32,000 nt of DNA, taken from assembly GCF_001457615.1 (NCBI RefSeq), contig NZ_LN831024.1:2910001-2942000 (forward strand), in the 5' to 3' direction. The translations under genes and the position numbers were made by a program. The stretch is from Pseudomonas aeruginosa. GTDB taxonomy: Bacteria > Pseudomonadota > Gammaproteobacteria > Pseudomonadales > Pseudomonadaceae. The notes below the pieces were generated by a model. That model was not told the origin of the DNA. It saw only the letters and a list, made by a program, of their open reading frames with translations, and made no database searches. Positions 1 to 9,516 of the stretch are shown here, piece by piece; within the stretch, counting starts at the first letter, position 1, and each line of letters starts with the position of its first letter.

Positions 1-2056
1 AGTTGGCGATGTACTTCGAGGCACCGACCACCTGGTGCCCGCTGAGGTCGCAGGACGCCGGGGCGCCGGCCTGGAAGGCCACCTCGGGGGCGCACGGGGC
101 GTTCTTGTAGGACAGGTAGCGAACGTCGTTGTAGGACGCATTGAAATTCAGGGTCAGGCCGCGGATCGGCAGGGCCGTCGCTTCGAACTCCAGGCCGCGC
201 GAGCGCACATCGCCGGCATTGGTCAGGTACTGGGTGCGGTTGGCCTCGTCGTAGGCATTGGCCTGGTAGCCGTGGACCACGGTCCAGAACAGGTTGCCGT
301 TGAGGATCAGGCGGTTGTCGAGGAGGGTGGTCTTCAACCCCAGCTCGGCATCGTTGGCGCGCTCGGTGCCAATCAGCAGCGAGTCGGCACCGGCGCTGGG
401 AGCGCTGGCCACGGTCAGGTTGACGCCGCCGGATTTCTCGCCGTGGGACAGCGAGGCGTAGCCCAGAACCTGGTCGCTGAAGCGGTAGCTGAGGCTGAGC
501 AGAGCGGACGGACTGACGCTGTGCAGGCCGATGTCGCCGCTGTCGTAGGCGCCGACCCTGCCGTTGCGCGCGGCCGCCGCCGCGCCGCTCACCGCGGCGC
601 CGCCGAGCGGGGCGTAGCGTTCGACCCAGGCGGACTTTTCCTCGTAGGTGCCGCGCACGCCGGCGGTGAGGTCCAGGCGCTCGGTTAGGTGCCAGGTGCC
701 CTGGGCGAACAGCGCGTAGCTGTCGGTGTCGATGTGCCCGCGACCGCGGGTGCTGACGTCGCTCAGGGCGCCGGCGGGGGTTCCGTTCCAGATGTCTGCC
801 CTGGGCCCGTAGTCGGTGAAGGACTTGTTGTCGAGGTCCTGGCCGAAGTAGTAGGCGCCGAGCACGTAGTCGAAGAAGCCGCCGCTGGGCGAAGCCAGGC
901 GGATTTCCTGCGACCACTGCTTGTCGCGCACCGAGACTCCGGCGTTATAGGCCGCCGGTACGTCCAGGCCGTCGTCGTTGCGCGGCGTGAAATCCCACCA
1001 GCGGTAGGCGCTGATGGAAGTGAGGGTGAAGTCGTTGGCCAGCTTCCAGTTGGCTTCCACCGAGGTTCCGCCCTGGAACACCGTGACCTGCTGGTCCGAG
1101 TCGAAGTTGACCTTGCGCCGATGGCCATCCACCAGCGTCGCGCCGGCCGCGGCGGCGCGCTGTTCGTAGCGGTTCACGCCGTTCACCGTGGGGCCGCTGC
1201 TGAACAGGGTAAGGACACCATTGTCGGAGTCTTCCTCGTTGTAGTCGCCGATCCAGCGCAGGCTGAAGTCGTCGTTCGGCTTGAACAGCAACTGCCCGCG
1301 GAAACCCTGGCGTGCGCCGCCGTTGAGGGTGTTGCCGTCGTGGAGGTTCTTCACGTAGCCGTCGTCGCGGGTGCGGTAGGCCGACAGGCGCCCGGCGAGG
1401 GTCTCGCCGAGCGGTCCGGAAATCGTGCCCCTGGCCTGGAAGTAGCCGTCCTCGCCGCCGGATATCTCAACGCTGCGCTCCGGAGTGAAGCTCGGCGCAC
1501 GGGTGCCGATGTTGATCACCCCGGCCGTGGTGTTCTTGCCGAACAGGGTGCCCTGCGGGCCGCGCAAGACCTCCAGCTGCTCGATGTCGAGAAGGTCGAA
1601 CGAGGCCATGCCGGGGCGGCCGAGGTAGACGTTGTCGAGGTACAGCCCGACGCTGCCTTCCAGGCCGTCGCTGGCCGGGTTGTTGCCGAGGCCGCGGATC
1701 GACACGCTGGACTGGCGCGCGTGGACGTAGGCGACGTTGGTGCTCGGCACCAGTTGCTGCAGGTCCTGCACCCGGTAGATGCGCTGGCTCTCCAGGGTTT
1801 CGCCGCCGAGCACGCTCATCGCGGTGGGCACATCCTGGGAGTTTTCCACCCGTCGCCGCGAGGTCACCGTGACGGTCTGCAGGGTGGTGGCCGGCTGCGC
1901 CTGGCGCGCCTCTTCGGTGCCCGCGGGGGTGTCGTCGGCGCCGGCCAGTTGCGCCCCTCCGGCGCAGGCCAGGCAGATCGACAGGGGCAGCAGGCGACGG
2001 CGGAACGGTGCGCTGCGGGACGACGGGATGGAGCGGTACGCGGGTCGGCGATTCAT
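1..2056 (-). CDS. TonB-dependent outer membrane receptor (C-terminus truncated by window start)
   Basis: Open minus frame from ATG at 2056 to the window edge. Begins MNRRPAYRSIPSSRSAPFRRRLLPLSICLACAGGAQLAGADD (signal peptide-like), then plug motifs TVTVTSRRRVENSQDVPTAMSVLGGE and LEVLRGPQGTLFGKNTTAGVINI. Not in the supplied track because no stop lies inside the window. Confidence 0.93.
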   Translation of the reverse strand, partial: MNRRPAYRSIPSSRSAPFRRRLLPLSICLACAGGAQLAGADDTPAGTEEARQAQPATTLQTVTVTSRRRVENSQDVPTAMSVLGGETLESQRIYRVQDLQQLVPSTNVAYVHARQSSVSIRGLGNNPASDGLEGSVGLYLDNVYLGRPGMASFDLLDIEQLEVLRGPQGTLFGKNTTAGVINIGTRAPSFTPERSVEISGGEDGYFQARGTISGPLGETLAGRLSAYRTRDDGYVKNLHDGNTLNGGARQGFRGQLLFKPNDDFSLRWIGDYNEEDSDNGVLTLFSSGPTVNGVNRYEQRAAAAGATLVDGHRRKVNFDSDQQVTVFQGGTSVEANWKLANDFTLTSISAYRWWDFTPRNDDGLDVPAAYNAGVSVRDKQWSQEIRLASPSGGFFDYVLGAYYFGQDLDNKSFTDYGPRADIWNGTPAGALSDVSTRGRGHIDTDSYALFAQGTWHLTERLDLTAGVRGTYEEKSAWVERYAPLGGAAVSGAAAAARNGRVGAYDSGDIGLHSVSPSALLSLSYRFSDQVLGYASLSHGEKSGGVNLTVASAPSAGADSLLIGTERANDAELGLKTTLLDNRLILNGNLFWTVVHGYQANAYDEANRTQYLTNAGDVRSRGLEFEATALPIRGLTLNFNASYNDVRYLSYKNAPCAPEVAFQAGAPASCDLSGHQVVGASKYIAN

Positions 2057-2205
2057 GTGTGGGTCCTGGATGAAGGGGTGACTGCTAATTCCGTATGGTT
2101 ATTTATTTATGTTTTATATTGCTTTTACGGAATAAGAGATTGCCTTTATAAAAAGCCCACGCCGTCCCCGGCAATTGCATTCGCCCGATATTTTCCATGT
2201 AGAAA

Positions 2206-3117
2206 ATGCATATCGATCTCCGCCAGCTCCGCCACTTCATCGCCCTTCACGAGCACCGCAGCTTCGTCGCCGCGGCGCTGGCGGTTAACCTTTCGCAATC
2301 GGCCTTCAGCCGCAGCATCCAGGCGCTCGAACACAGCGCTGGCTGCCGCCTGGTGGACCGCGCGGCCAAGGACCTGCGTCCGACCAAGCAGGGCCTGATC
2401 GTCCTCGAACATGCGCGCCGGCTGGTCAGCGGCGCGCACAACCTGGCCAACGAGATCGCCCTGTTCAACGGCCTGGAGGCCGGCGAACTGCGCTTCGGCG
2501 CCGGACCGGCTCCCGCCACCTGGCTGGTGCCGCGTGCGGTGGGGCGCTTCAACGTGCGTTATCCGAAGGCGCGGGTGAGTTTCCAGGTCGAACACTGGCA
2601 GGCGCTGAACCGCCGCCTGCAGGCCGAGGAGTTCGAGTTCTTCGTCGCCGACACCCGGCATTTCGAGGCCGACCCGCAATACCGGACCTCGCGCCTGCGT
2701 CCCCGGCGCTGGCATTTCTGCTGCCGCGAGGGGCATCCGCTGGCCGCTCGCGAGAGCGTTTCCGCCGAGGAGCTGTTGAGCTTCCCGCTGGCGACCAACA
2801 TCAGCCCGCCGAACATCCGCAAGGTGCTGGTGGACCTCAGCGGGCGTCCCGACTTCCGCCCGGCCATCGAGTGCGAGAACGGCCATAGCCTGCTCGGCGT
2901 GGTTCTCGCCTCGGATGCCATCGGCATCAGCAGCGGCCTCGGCGACCTGGCGCCGCCGGGACAGGGAGGCCTGCGTCCGCTGCGGGTGCGCGAGCTGCCC
3001 GACGACCTCGACGAACTGCATACCCGCTACGGCATCGTCAGCCGCGCCGGCTACAGCCTGTCGCCGCTGGCGGAGGCGATGATCGACGAGCTGAAGCGGG
3101 TCGACGACGCCACCTGA
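2206..3117 (+). CDS. LysR-family transcriptional regulator
   Basis: MHIDLRQLRHFIALHEHRSFVAAALAVNLSQSAFSRSIQALEHSAGCRLVDR is an N-terminal LysR HTH; 303 aa. Confidence 0.93.
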   Translation: MHIDLRQLRHFIALHEHRSFVAAALAVNLSQSAFSRSIQALEHSAGCRLVDRAAKDLRPTKQGLIVLEHARRLVSGAHNLANEIALFNGLEAGELRFGAGPAPATWLVPRAVGRFNVRYPKARVSFQVEHWQALNRRLQAEEFEFFVADTRHFEADPQYRTSRLRPRRWHFCCREGHPLAARESVSAEELLSFPLATNISPPNIRKVLVDLSGRPDFRPAIECENGHSLLGVVLASDAIGISSGLGDLAPPGQGGLRPLRVRELPDDLDELHTRYGIVSRAGYSLSPLAEAMIDELKRVDDAT

Positions 3118-3213
3118 ATTGCGTCGCACGCATGCCAACTATGTTCCGAATGCGCTTGCCGCCGGACGCGGCGGACCGCGAAATGAAGCGTCGTTTCCTT
3201 TTCGCGAGCCGTC

Positions 3214-4830
3214 ATGAGCCAGCCCAAGCCGATCCGCAACGTCCTCTACATCATGTGCGACCAACTGCGTCGCGATTACCTGTCCTGCTACGGCCATCCC
3301 TATCTGCACACGCCGAACATCGACCGCCTGGCCGCGGAGGGCGTGCGCTTCGCCCGTGCCTATACCCAGGGCACCATCTGCGGGCCGTCGCGGATGTCCT
3401 CGTACACCGGGCGCTACGTCAGCAGCCACCAGGTGGCCTGGAACGCGGTGCCGCTGCCGCTGGAGGAGCTGACCCTGGGCGACTACCTGCGCGCCGCGGG
3501 AGTCCGCACCGCGCTGGTCGGCAAGACCCACGCCACGGCCAACCTGGAAGGCATGCGGCGGCTCGGCATCGATCCGGCCAGCGCGCGCGGCGCGGCCCTC
3601 GCCGAAGCCGGCTTCGAGCCCTACGACCGCAATGACGGGGTCTACCCGGATGACCCGGCCTTCGCCGACAAGCGCGAAAGCGCGCCCTACACCCACTACC
3701 TGCGGCGCCTCGGCTTCACCGGCGACAACCCCTGGCACGACTGGGCCAACGCCGCCGCCGGCGCCGACGGGGAAATCCTCAGCGGCTGGCGGATGCGCCA
3801 TGCCGGATTGCCGACACGCTTGCCGGAGGCGCACAGCGAGACCGCCTATACCACCCGTCGCGCCATGGATTTCATCGACGAGCAGGGCGAGCGTCCCTGG
3901 TGCCTGCACCTGTCCTACATCAAGCCGCACTGGCCCTACATCGCGCCGGCGCCGTACCACGCGCTGTACCGCGCCGACCAGGTGCTCCCGGCGCTACGCG
4001 CGGCGCCCGGCGAAGAAAGCGACCACCCGGTGTACCGCGCCTTCCGCGAACATCGCGAGAGCCTCAATTTCTCCCGCGAAGACGTGCGCCGGCAGGTGAT
4101 ACCTACCTACATGGGGCTGATCCGCCAGGTCGACGACCAGCTCGGCCGGCTCTTCCAGCACATGCGCGCCAGCGGGCGCTGGGACGATACCCTGATCGTC
4201 TTCACCAGTGACCATGGCGATTTCCTCGGCGACCACGGCCTGGGCGAGAAGGAGTTCCTCCTCGAGTCGGCGGTGGGCGTGCCGTTGCTGATCCGCGATC
4301 CGCGCCCCGAGGCGGACGCCACCCGCGGCCGGGTGGAGGAGGCGCTGGTGCAGTCCATCGACGTACTGCCGAGCATCCTCGAAGCCTTCGCCGTCGAGCC
4401 CGCCAGCCATCGCATCGAGGGCCGTTCGCTGCTGCCCTTCGTCCATGGCGCGCCGCCGGCGGACTGGCGCCGCTACGCCATCGCCGAGTACGACTACGCC
4501 TTCCAGGCGCCGGCGCGGGAGCGCCTGGGCCGACCCATCGATGCTTGCCGCATGTACATGGTGCGCAGCGAGCGCTGGAAGTACATCGCCTACGACGGCT
4601 TCCGCGCCCAACTGTTCGACCTTGCCAGCGACGCCGGCGAATTGCGCGACCTCGGCGCCGACCCGGCGCATGCGGCGGTGCGCGAGGCCCATGCCGGGAT
4701 GCTGTTCGACTGGCTGCGCGGGCTGAAGCGGCGGACTACCATCAGCAACGCGGAGATCGACCTGCGCGGCCAGGCGTTCCGCTACGGCGAGCCGGAAGGC
4801 GGGCGCCTGGTACCGATCGGTCTCTGGTGA
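3214..4830 (+). CDS. Sulfatase / alkaline-phosphatase superfamily hydrolase (Cys-type)
   Basis: MSQPKPIRNVLYIMCDQLRRDYLSCYG; formylglycine signature C-x-P-x-R in TICGPSRMSSYTGRY; FTSDHGDFLGDHGL. Confidence 0.92.
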   Translation: MSQPKPIRNVLYIMCDQLRRDYLSCYGHPYLHTPNIDRLAAEGVRFARAYTQGTICGPSRMSSYTGRYVSSHQVAWNAVPLPLEELTLGDYLRAAGVRTALVGKTHATANLEGMRRLGIDPASARGAALAEAGFEPYDRNDGVYPDDPAFADKRESAPYTHYLRRLGFTGDNPWHDWANAAAGADGEILSGWRMRHAGLPTRLPEAHSETAYTTRRAMDFIDEQGERPWCLHLSYIKPHWPYIAPAPYHALYRADQVLPALRAAPGEESDHPVYRAFREHRESLNFSREDVRRQVIPTYMGLIRQVDDQLGRLFQHMRASGRWDDTLIVFTSDHGDFLGDHGLGEKEFLLESAVGVPLLIRDPRPEADATRGRVEEALVQSIDVLPSILEAFAVEPASHRIEGRSLLPFVHGAPPADWRRYAIAEYDYAFQAPARERLGRPIDACRMYMVRSERWKYIAYDGFRAQLFDLASDAGELRDLGADPAHAAVREAHAGMLFDWLRGLKRRTTISNAEIDLRGQAFRYGEPEGGRLVPIGLW

Positions 4831-5736
4831 TCAGCGGCTGGCCTTGCGATAGGCCCCCGGCTGCTGCCCGGTGGCCTTGTGGAAGGCACGGGTGAAGGCG
4901 GCGGTGGACTGGTAGCCGACCGCCGCCGCGACCTCGGCGACGCTGGCGTCGGCGCGCAGCAGGGCGCAGGCGCGGTGCATGCGCAGGGCCAGCAGGACCT
5001 GCCCCGGCGACTGACCGCTGAGTTCGTTGAAGCGCTTGAAGAAGGCCGAGCGCGAGAGTCCGGTGCGTTCGGCCATCTGTTCCAGGCTCCAGGGCTGTTC
5101 GGGTGCCTCGATCAGCGCTTCCAGCAGGCCGGCGAACTGCGGCTGGCGTGCCAGTGCCACCAGGCCGCCGAGGGTCGGGTTGTCGAGCACCTGCTGGCGC
5201 AACACGTAGAGGAACAGCAGGTGGCTGAGGCGCTCCAGCAGAACCGGCGACGGCGCCGGCTGGCGGCGGCACTCGTCGACGATCAGGGCGAACAGGCGTC
5301 GCGCCGCGTCCAGCGCCGGATCGCCGGCGCGCAGGATCAGCCAGTCGGGCAGGGCGTCGACGATCAGCCCGGACAATCCCGAATGGAAGTGGAAGAACCC
5401 GCAGACCAGGCCGGCACCGTCCGCCGCGTTCCACTCCAGCGCCTGCATTTCGCCACGCGGCTGGCAGCGCGCGGCCTCGGCGGTGGCCTCGCTGGACAGG
5501 CGGAACTCGACGTCGCGCAGGAAGAACAGCGCGTCGCCGCTGTCCAGTCGCCAGCCCCGGGCGCTTCCGGCGACGTGCGCCCAGCAGTGTCCCTGCACCA
5601 CCAGGTGGAAGCTGGCACGCGCCAGACCGTGGGTGGAGGCATGCCAGCCGCCGCAGTAGCGACCGACATGGAACAGGCTGGTGTCGACTTCGAGGCTGTC
5701 TAATAACCAATCGACAAGGGGGTTGGACGAATTCAT
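4831..5736 (-). CDS. AraC-family transcriptional regulator with N-terminal cupin-like domain
   Basis: C-terminal HTH: WSLEQMAERTGLSRSAFFKRFNELSGQSPGQVLLALRMHRACALL...VAAAVGYQSTAAFTRAFHKATGQQPGAYRKA. Confidence 0.92.
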   Translation of the reverse strand: MNSSNPLVDWLLDSLEVDTSLFHVGRYCGGWHASTHGLARASFHLVVQGHCWAHVAGSARGWRLDSGDALFFLRDVEFRLSSEATAEAARCQPRGEMQALEWNAADGAGLVCGFFHFHSGLSGLIVDALPDWLILRAGDPALDAARRLFALIVDECRRQPAPSPVLLERLSHLLFLYVLRQQVLDNPTLGGLVALARQPQFAGLLEALIEAPEQPWSLEQMAERTGLSRSAFFKRFNELSGQSPGQVLLALRMHRACALLRADASVAEVAAAVGYQSTAAFTRAFHKATGQQPGAYRKASR

Positions 5737-5840
5737 CTAAGGGAAAGACTCAAGAGCAAGTGATAGCGACTTTAGAATATTGAATGGATTTCTTATTACC
5801 AAGAGACTTCTTCGACACCTCAACCACCGGAGTCGAAAGC

Positions 5841-6401
5841 ATGTCACGCGTTCCCGTGCTCACCCTGGAAAACGCCCCCGAGGCGGCGCGTCCATTCCTC
5901 CAGACCGCGCTGAACAACTCGGGTTATATCCCGAATCTGCTCGGCGTGCTGGCCAATGCGCCGGCCGCCCTGGAAACCTACCTCACCGTGTCCGGGCTGA
6001 ACGCCAAGGCCAGCCTCGGCCTGCCCGAGCGGGAAGTGGTGCAACTGGTGGCGGCCACCACCCATGGCTGCGACTTCTGCGTTGCCGGGCACACCGCGGT
6101 GGCGCGCAACAAGGCGCGCCTGCCGGAGCCGGTGATCGAGGCCCTGCGCGCCCGCGGCGAACTGCCCGATGCCCGCTACGAAGCCCTGGCCGACTTCACC
6201 CGCGCGGTGATCGCCAGCCGCGGTGCGGTCACCGACGAGCAGTTCGAAGCCTTCCGCGCCGCCGGTTTCGACCAGGCCCAGGCCCTGGAAGTGATCCTCG
6301 GGGTGAGCCTGGCGACGCTCTGCAACTTCGCCAACGTGTTCGCCCGCACGCCGCTCAATGCCGAGCTGGAGCAATATCGCTGGACCAACCCGCAGGCCTG
6401 A
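5841..6401 (+). CDS. AhpD-like / carboxymuconolactone decarboxylase family protein
   Basis: CxxC motif in TTHGCDFCVAGHTAVARN. Track start is 5784; an in-frame ATG at 5841 (MSRVPVLTLENAP) fits the family start better. Confidence 0.85.
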   Translation: MSRVPVLTLENAPEAARPFLQTALNNSGYIPNLLGVLANAPAALETYLTVSGLNAKASLGLPEREVVQLVAATTHGCDFCVAGHTAVARNKARLPEPVIEALRARGELPDARYEALADFTRAVIASRGAVTDEQFEAFRAAGFDQAQALEVILGVSLATLCNFANVFARTPLNAELEQYRWTNPQA

Positions 6402-6450
6402 GCCTGCGCTTGCCGGGCGGCATGCCGCGCCGGCGCAAGGAGTGACGACC

Positions 6451-7518
6451 ATGCTTGACCCGACCCTGAGCGACTGGCTCGACCGCCAGGCCGACGCCCT
6501 CGACCGCGGCGACGCCGATCCCGCCGCGCTGCTGCCGCGCCTGGCCGCCGCCGGCGTGCTCGGCGTGGCGGTGGAGGAACGCCTCGGCGGCGCCGGCGGC
6601 ACGCTCGCCGACGCGGTGGAGCGGGTGGCCGCAGTGGCGGCGCGCTCGCTGACCGCGGCGTTCGTCTTCTGGGGCCAGCGCGCCTTCATCGAGTACCTGT
6701 TGCAGAGTCCCAACCAGGAACTGCGCCAACGCCTGCTCGGCGACCTGCTGGCCGGCCGCCTGGCCGGCGCCACCGGGTTGTCCAACGCGATGAAGTTCCT
6801 TTCCGGGATCGAGGCGCTGCAGGTGGTGGCGCACGCGGAGGAGGCCGGCTGGCGCCTGGACGGTCGCCTGCCGTGGGTGACCAACCTGCGCAGCGGCGAT
6901 TTCGTGGTGGCGGCGGCGATCGAACACGGGGAGGGCGGCAAGCCCTTCGTCCTGGCGATTCCCGAAGGCCTCGCCGGCTTGCAGCGCTCGGCGGACCTGC
7001 GCCTGCTCGGCCTGCAATGCAGCAACACCGCCGCCCTCGATCTGCGCGCGGTGGCGGTCGGGCGCGACTGGCTGTTGCACGACGACGCCCGGCAGTTCCT
7101 GCCACGGGTGCGCCCGGCCTTCCTCGGCCTGCAATGCGGCATGGCCATCGGCCTGGCGCGCCGCGCACTGGACGAAGTGCAGCGGCACCTGGGCGGCAGC
7201 CGTTCGCTCCTGGATGGCGAGCTGGCGGCACAGCGCGAAACCCTCGACGGACACGTGGCGGCGCTGCACGCCGGACTGGCCAGCGGCGAGTTCGCCAGCC
7301 AGCCGGCACGCCTGTTCCGCATCCGCATCGGGCTCGCCGAAGCCGCCGCCAATGCCGTGCAACTGGAGTTGCAGGCCAGCGGCGGCAAGGCCTACCTGAG
7401 CGAGCACGGCGCCGGTTTCGCCCGCCGCTGGCGCGAGTCGGCGTTCGTCCCGATCGTTACGCCGAGCCTGGTGCAACTGCGCGCCGAACTGCAACGCCAG
7501 GCCGAGGCCAAGGCATGA
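6451..7518 (+). CDS. Acyl-CoA dehydrogenase-like flavoprotein (divergent)
   Basis: MLDPTLSDWLDRQADALDRGDAD...VLGVAVEERLGGAGGTLADAVERVAAVAARSLTAAFVFWGQRAF. ATG 6451 is in frame in track ORF 6358..7518. Confidence 0.8.
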   Translation: MLDPTLSDWLDRQADALDRGDADPAALLPRLAAAGVLGVAVEERLGGAGGTLADAVERVAAVAARSLTAAFVFWGQRAFIEYLLQSPNQELRQRLLGDLLAGRLAGATGLSNAMKFLSGIEALQVVAHAEEAGWRLDGRLPWVTNLRSGDFVVAAAIEHGEGGKPFVLAIPEGLAGLQRSADLRLLGLQCSNTAALDLRAVAVGRDWLLHDDARQFLPRVRPAFLGLQCGMAIGLARRALDEVQRHLGGSRSLLDGELAAQRETLDGHVAALHAGLASGEFASQPARLFRIRIGLAEAAANAVQLELQASGGKAYLSEHGAGFARRWRESAFVPIVTPSLVQLRAELQRQAEAKA

Positions 7519-8351
7519 GCGAGGCGCTCCTCGACGCTCGCGGGATCGCCCTCGGCTATCCGCGCGGTGCCGGCTGGCAGGCGGTGCTCGGCGATTTCGA
7601 ATTGCGCCTGGGCGCCGGCGAGGTGGTCTCGATCCTCGGTCCCAGCGGCGTCGGCAAGTCCAGCCTGCTGCGCGTGCTGGCCGGCCTGCAGGAGCCGGCC
7701 GCCGGCAGCGTGCGGGTACTCGGCGAGCCCCTGCGCGGACCGCATCCGGGCGTCGCGGTGGCGTTCCAGGACCCCAGCCTGCTGCCCTGGCTGAACCTGG
7801 AGAAGAACGTCGCCTTCGGCCTCGATTTCGCCCGCCAGCCGCACCTCGACGCGGCCACCCGCCAGGCCCGCGTCGACCAGGCGATCGCCGCGGTCGGCCT
7901 GGAGCACGCCCGTGCCCGCTACCCGGCGCAACTCTCCGGCGGCATGGCCCAGCGCACCGCGCTGGCCCGCTGCCTGGCGCGGCAGCCGAAGGTGCTGCTG
8001 CTCGACGAACCTTTCGGCGCGCTGGACGAAGTGACCCGCGCCGACATGCAGCAGCTGCTGCTGCGGGCGATCCACGAGCGCGGCACCGCCGTGGTCCTGA
8101 TCACCCACGATATCGACGAGGCCCTGCTGCTCTCCGAACGCATCCTGCTACTGGGTGACAGCCCGGCGCGGACCCTCGGCGAGTGGCGCATCGACCTGCC
8201 GCAGCCACGCGCGGAGCTGGTCGAGGAACTGGGCGCGTTGCGCATCGAGATCCTGAAAACCCTACGGCGGGCGAGCCGCACCCATGCCCATCCCATCGCT
8301 CAGCCGGAGGCCTCCCATGTGCCTGGACGACCCGACCCATTCCCGACGTGA
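7515..8351 (+). CDS. ABC transporter ATP-binding protein, nitrate/sulfonate/taurine type
   Basis: Walker A GPSGVGKSS, signature LSGGMAQR, Walker B VLLLDEPFG, H-loop ITHD. ATG overlaps the upstream stop (ATGA). Lies in frame in track ORF 6873..8351. Confidence 0.93.
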   Translation: MSEALLDARGIALGYPRGAGWQAVLGDFELRLGAGEVVSILGPSGVGKSSLLRVLAGLQEPAAGSVRVLGEPLRGPHPGVAVAFQDPSLLPWLNLEKNVAFGLDFARQPHLDAATRQARVDQAIAAVGLEHARARYPAQLSGGMAQRTALARCLARQPKVLLLDEPFGALDEVTRADMQQLLLRAIHERGTAVVLITHDIDEALLLSERILLLGDSPARTLGEWRIDLPQPRAELVEELGALRIEILKTLRRASRTHAHPIAQPEASHVPGRPDPFPT

Positions 8352-9516
8352 CATCCTCAAGCTCGCCGCGCTGCTCAGCGCTGCCGGCGCGTTGCCGCTG
8401 CTGAGCAGCCTGCAGGCGCGTGCCGCCGCCGAACCCGACGCGCCGGTGCGCATCGGCTACCTGCCGATCACCGACGCCACGCCCTTGCTGGTGGCCCATG
8501 CCAACGGCCTGTTCGAGGCCGAGGGCATCCAGGCCGAACGGCCGGTGCTGTTGCGTAGCTGGGCGCAGGTGATCGAGGCGTTCATCTCCGGCCAGGTCAA
8601 CGTCATCCACCTGCTGTCGCCGATGACCGTCTGGGCCCGCTACGGCAGCAAGGTGCCGGCCAAGGTGGTGGCCTGGAACCACGTCGGCGGCTCGGGGCTC
8701 ACGGTGGCTCCGGAGATCGCCGACGTGCGCCAGCTCGGCGGCAAGAGCGTGGCGATCCCGTTCTGGTACTCGATCCACAACGTGGTGTTGCAGCAATTGC
8801 TGCGCGACAACGGCCTGCGCGCGGTGAGCCGTGCGGTGGGCGCGGCGCTGGCCGCCGACGAGGTCAACCTGGTGGTGCTGCCGCCTTCGGACATGCCACC
8901 GGCGCTGGCCAGCAAGCGCATCCACGGCTACATCGTCGCCGAGCCGTTCAACGCCCTGGCGGAGAACCTCAAGGTCGGCCGGGTACAGCGCTTCACCGGC
9001 GATGTCTGGCGCAACCACGCCTGCTGCGTGGTGTTCATGCACGAACACGACCTGGAGCGGCGGCCGCAGTGGTCGCAAAAGGTGGTCAACGCCATCGTCA
9101 AGGCCCAGCTATGGACTCGCGAGCACCGCGCCGAGGCCGCACAGTTGCTGTCCAAGGCCGGAGCCAACCGCTATACGCCGCACGCACCGGAGGTCCTCGG
9201 CCGGGTGCTGGCGCCGGGCGCCGAGGAGCAGCAGGCCTATCTCGCCAGCGGCGCGATCCGCCACGCCGACTGGCAGGAGCGGCGCATCGACTTCCAGCCC
9301 TATCCCTATCCGAGCTATACCGAGGAACTGGTGCGGCGGCTGAAGGACACCCTGATCGAAGGCAATAATGCCTTCCTCGCCAGCCTCGATCCGCGCCAGG
9401 TGGCCAGTGACCTGGTGGACGACCGCTTCGTCCGCCAGGCCCTGGCAGAGGTCGGCGGGTTGCAGGCGTTCGGCCTCGCCGAGGGCTTCCAGCGCAGCGA
9501 GGAGATCAGCCCGTGA
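8317..9516 (+). CDS. ABC transporter substrate-binding protein, NrtA/SsuA-like, probable Tat signal
   Basis: GGAGG precedes ATG 8317. MCLDDPTHSRRDILKLAALLSAAGALPLLSSLQARAAA is Tat-like, followed by VRIGYLPITDATPLLVAHANGLFEAEG. The 5' end overlaps the ATPase gene. Confidence 0.9.
   Translation: MCLDDPTHSRRDILKLAALLSAAGALPLLSSLQARAAAEPDAPVRIGYLPITDATPLLVAHANGLFEAEGIQAERPVLLRSWAQVIEAFISGQVNVIHLLSPMTVWARYGSKVPAKVVAWNHVGGSGLTVAPEIADVRQLGGKSVAIPFWYSIHNVVLQQLLRDNGLRAVSRAVGAALAADEVNLVVLPPSDMPPALASKRIHGYIVAEPFNALAENLKVGRVQRFTGDVWRNHACCVVFMHEHDLERRPQWSQKVVNAIVKAQLWTREHRAEAAQLLSKAGANRYTPHAPEVLGRVLAPGAEEQQAYLASGAIRHADWQERRIDFQPYPYPSYTEELVRRLKDTLIEGNNAFLASLDPRQVASDLVDDRFVRQALAEVGGLQAFGLAEGFQRSEEISP

Noticed and set aside
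35-2398. Long plus-strand ORFs (35..688, 689..2398) across the TonB receptor
   Set aside because: Antisense to the receptor frame, which carries strong TonB-plug motifs and runs open to the window edge.
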